DNA of 32,000 nt from Candidatus Nanosynbacter lyticus. Lineage in GTDB: Bacteria; Patescibacteriota; Saccharimonadia; Saccharimonadales; Saccharimonadaceae. The stretch spans positions 630,001 through 662,000 of the forward strand of contig NZ_CP124549.1 in the NCBI RefSeq assembly GCF_030253515.1, given 5' to 3'. Below are positions 30,427 to 32,000 of the stretch, one piece after another. The position numbers and the translations under genes were made by a program. The stretch's first letter is position 1. Every line of letters starts with the position of its first letter. Below the pieces are notes generated by a model. It did not search any database and was not told the DNA's origin. It saw only the letters and a list, made by a program, of their open reading frames with translations.

Positions 30427-32000
30427 TTATTGCTCCCTTGTTGCTCTCAAAACTTCCTCTAGCGTTGTCACGCCACGCAGCGACTTGACGAAACCATCCG
30501 TCTGCATCGTTACCATTCCTTCGTTGATCGCCTGCTGCTGGATCTCATTACTAGTAGCATTAGCGGTGATCATCTTTTGGATCGGAATCGAAATACCGAG
30601 GACTTCGTAAATACCAACGCGCCCCTTGAAGCCATTATGACCGCACTCATCACAGCCCTCAGGATTTGGTCGCCACAAATATTGAATCGTCACGTCGGTC
30701 GAACCGAGCGGTGTATTGCCGCCAATCTTGTCAGCCGCCGCCTGCTGCTCCAATGCATGCAGTCGCTGCATCGAGCCCTGCTTGAGGTTAAACATCTGAA
30801 CGATATAGGCGAGCTCCCCGGCATCCGGCACATATTGCTGACGACAATGCATACACAATCGCCGCACCAAGCGCTGGCCGATCACCGCCTTGACCGTCGA
30901 GGCGATCAAGAATGGCTCAATTCCCATGTCCAATAGACGCGGCAAACAGGTGGCTGCGTTGTTGGTGTGGAGCGTCGAGAACACCAAGTGTCCAGTCAGC
31001 GCCGCCTGCACACCGAGGTTGGCGGTCTCGCCGTCGCGAATCTCACCAACCATGATGATGTTCGGGTCTTGACGCAGCAGCGCGCGTAGTCCCGAAGCAA
31101 AGGTCATGCCAGCTTTCGAGTTAGTCTGGGTTTGGTTGACCCCGGGGATCTTGTATTCAACCGGATCTTCGATGGTTGAGATATTTACATCCGGCGTATT
31201 AAGTTCTGATAGCACACTAAACAAACTGGTCGACTTTCCTGAACCAGTTGGCCCGGTCACCAAGATCATACCGTTTGGTTGCGCCATGGCGTCTTTAAGC
31301 GTACTCAGCGACAACCCCCAATAGCCGAGGCTATCGAGGGCAACCGCCTGATTGGACTCGTCCAAAATACGCATGACGATTTTCTCACCATCAGCGATCG
31401 GCAGCGTCGACACACGCAGCGCGTATTGCTTACCCGAGACCTTGATCTTGAAGCGACCGTCTTGCGGCACGCGGCGTTCGTCGATTTTCAAATTTGACAG
31501 GATTTTGATACGACTAACCAGCGCACCCTGAACATTGCGTGGTAATTTATTCACTTCTTTGAGCACACCATCAATTCGGTAACGAACTTGGACGAAATCC
31601 TCGCGCGGCTCGATGTGGATGTCTGAAGCACCCGACTTGATGGCATATTCCAGCAGCAAGTTAACCGTCTGGGCGATCGGCGAATTCTCAGAAATTTCCT
31701 CTTCAGAGACGTTTTGTGAATCTGATTCAGCACCACTCTGGATTGACACCACTTCATCCAGCTCATCGGTAATGTTACCGCGATAATTCTCCAGGCAGTC
31801 AAGAATGTTGTTTTTTGTCGCCAGGAACACCTTGATGTTGTAACCAATCTCTTTCTGGATGAAGTTCAGCGCCTGTACATCATCCGGGTCTTCCATCGCC
31901 AAACTCAGGACGCCATTATCATCAGCTGCAAACAATACGACATTGTACTGACGGGCAATGTGCTCGGGGATACGCTTGAGAACGTCATCAGGGATATCCT
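30427..32000 (-). CDS. pilB: type IV pilus extension ATPase PilB (GspE family), 5' end outside the window
   Basis: Walker A GPTGSGKST, Walker B IIMVGEIRD, His box GHLVFSTLHTN and a tetra-Cys motif (CMHC...CDEC). The reading frame stays open to position 32000, with T2SS-E N-domain-like sequence. Confidence 0.92.
   Translation of the reverse strand, partial: DIPDDVLKRIPEHIARQYNVVLFAADDNGVLSLAMEDPDDVQALNFIQKEIGYNIKVFLATKNNILDCLENYRGNITDELDEVVSIQSGAESDSQNVSEEEISENSPIAQTVNLLLEYAIKSGASDIHIEPREDFVQVRYRIDGVLKEVNKLPRNVQGALVSRIKILSNLKIDERRVPQDGRFKIKVSGKQYALRVSTLPIADGEKIVMRILDESNQAVALDSLGYWGLSLSTLKDAMAQPNGMILVTGPTGSGKSTSLFSVLSELNTPDVNISTIEDPVEYKIPGVNQTQTNSKAGMTFASGLRALLRQDPNIIMVGEIRDGETANLGVQAALTGHLVFSTLHTNNAATCLPRLLDMGIEPFLIASTVKAVIGQRLVRRLCMHCRQQYVPDAGELAYIVQMFNLKQGSMQRLHALEQQAAADKIGGNTPLGSTDVTIQYLWRPNPEGCDECGHNGFKGRVGIYEVLGISIPIQKMITANATSNEIQQQAINEGMVTMQTDGFVKSLRGVTTLEEVLRATREQ

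Noticed and set aside
1-32000. Search for CRISPR arrays, rRNA genes, IS elements or transposases, and longer tandem repeats.
   Set aside because: I found no regularly spaced short repeats, no rRNA-like conserved blocks and no transposase or integrase-like ORFs. The only significant repeats found by eye are the 122-bp inverted pair and the 59-bp direct pair reported above.

Overview
This 32-kb chromosomal window is gene-dense and uses the standard genetic code: TGA, TAA and TAG all terminate conserved proteins at their normal length. I found no rRNA genes, CRISPR arrays or transposases.

The gene content suggests a small-genome, monoderm-type bacterium. I suspect a Patescibacteria/CPR (Saccharibacteria-like) organism, but that is inference from protein style only, with no database search.

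**Core content**
- Peptidoglycan genes: murA, murB and murT-gatD.
- One-carbon metabolism: folD and glyA.
- Other housekeeping genes: gpmA, rny, tsaE/tsaB, a GT35 glucan phosphorylase and a two-ring Clp/Hsp100 ATPase.
- Eight tRNAs, all with encoded CCA: His, Lys, Arg-TCT, Gly, Arg-TCG, Arg-CCG and Pro.
- A type IV pilus set: pilB (5' end cut by the window edge), pilC, pilM, pilN, pilO, two paralogous major-pilin-like genes and a three-gene minor-pilin operon.

**Things worth a second look**
1. A 2.7-kb insertion beside tRNA-Pro is bounded by 59-bp direct repeats that duplicate the tRNA 3' end plus its terminator. It carries four small unrecognisable genes and no integrase. One of the four genes is conspicuously GC-rich.
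2. The two convergent pilin genes are bracketed by a 122-bp near-perfect inverted repeat covering the ribosome-binding site (RBS) and N-terminus. This could be a shufflon-like or gene-conversion cassette.
3. The Clp/Hsp100 ATPase has two N-terminal TM helices, a degenerate D1 Walker B, no M-domain and no ClpP loop. It is translationally coupled to a small membrane protein.
4. MurA carries an N-terminal XRE-type HTH domain.
5. An AT-richer orphan 457-aa glycine-zipper protein has its own consensus promoter.
6. At least eight transcription units show a TGnTAnAAT box 6-9 nt from the start codon, which implies leaderless mRNAs.
7. The other flank of tRNA-Pro shows gene decay: a CPBP protease remnant and a Nudix gene with an in-frame TAA in the Nudix box.

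All start-codon refinements, promoters and hairpins were read by eye. No homology search, folding or statistics could be run.
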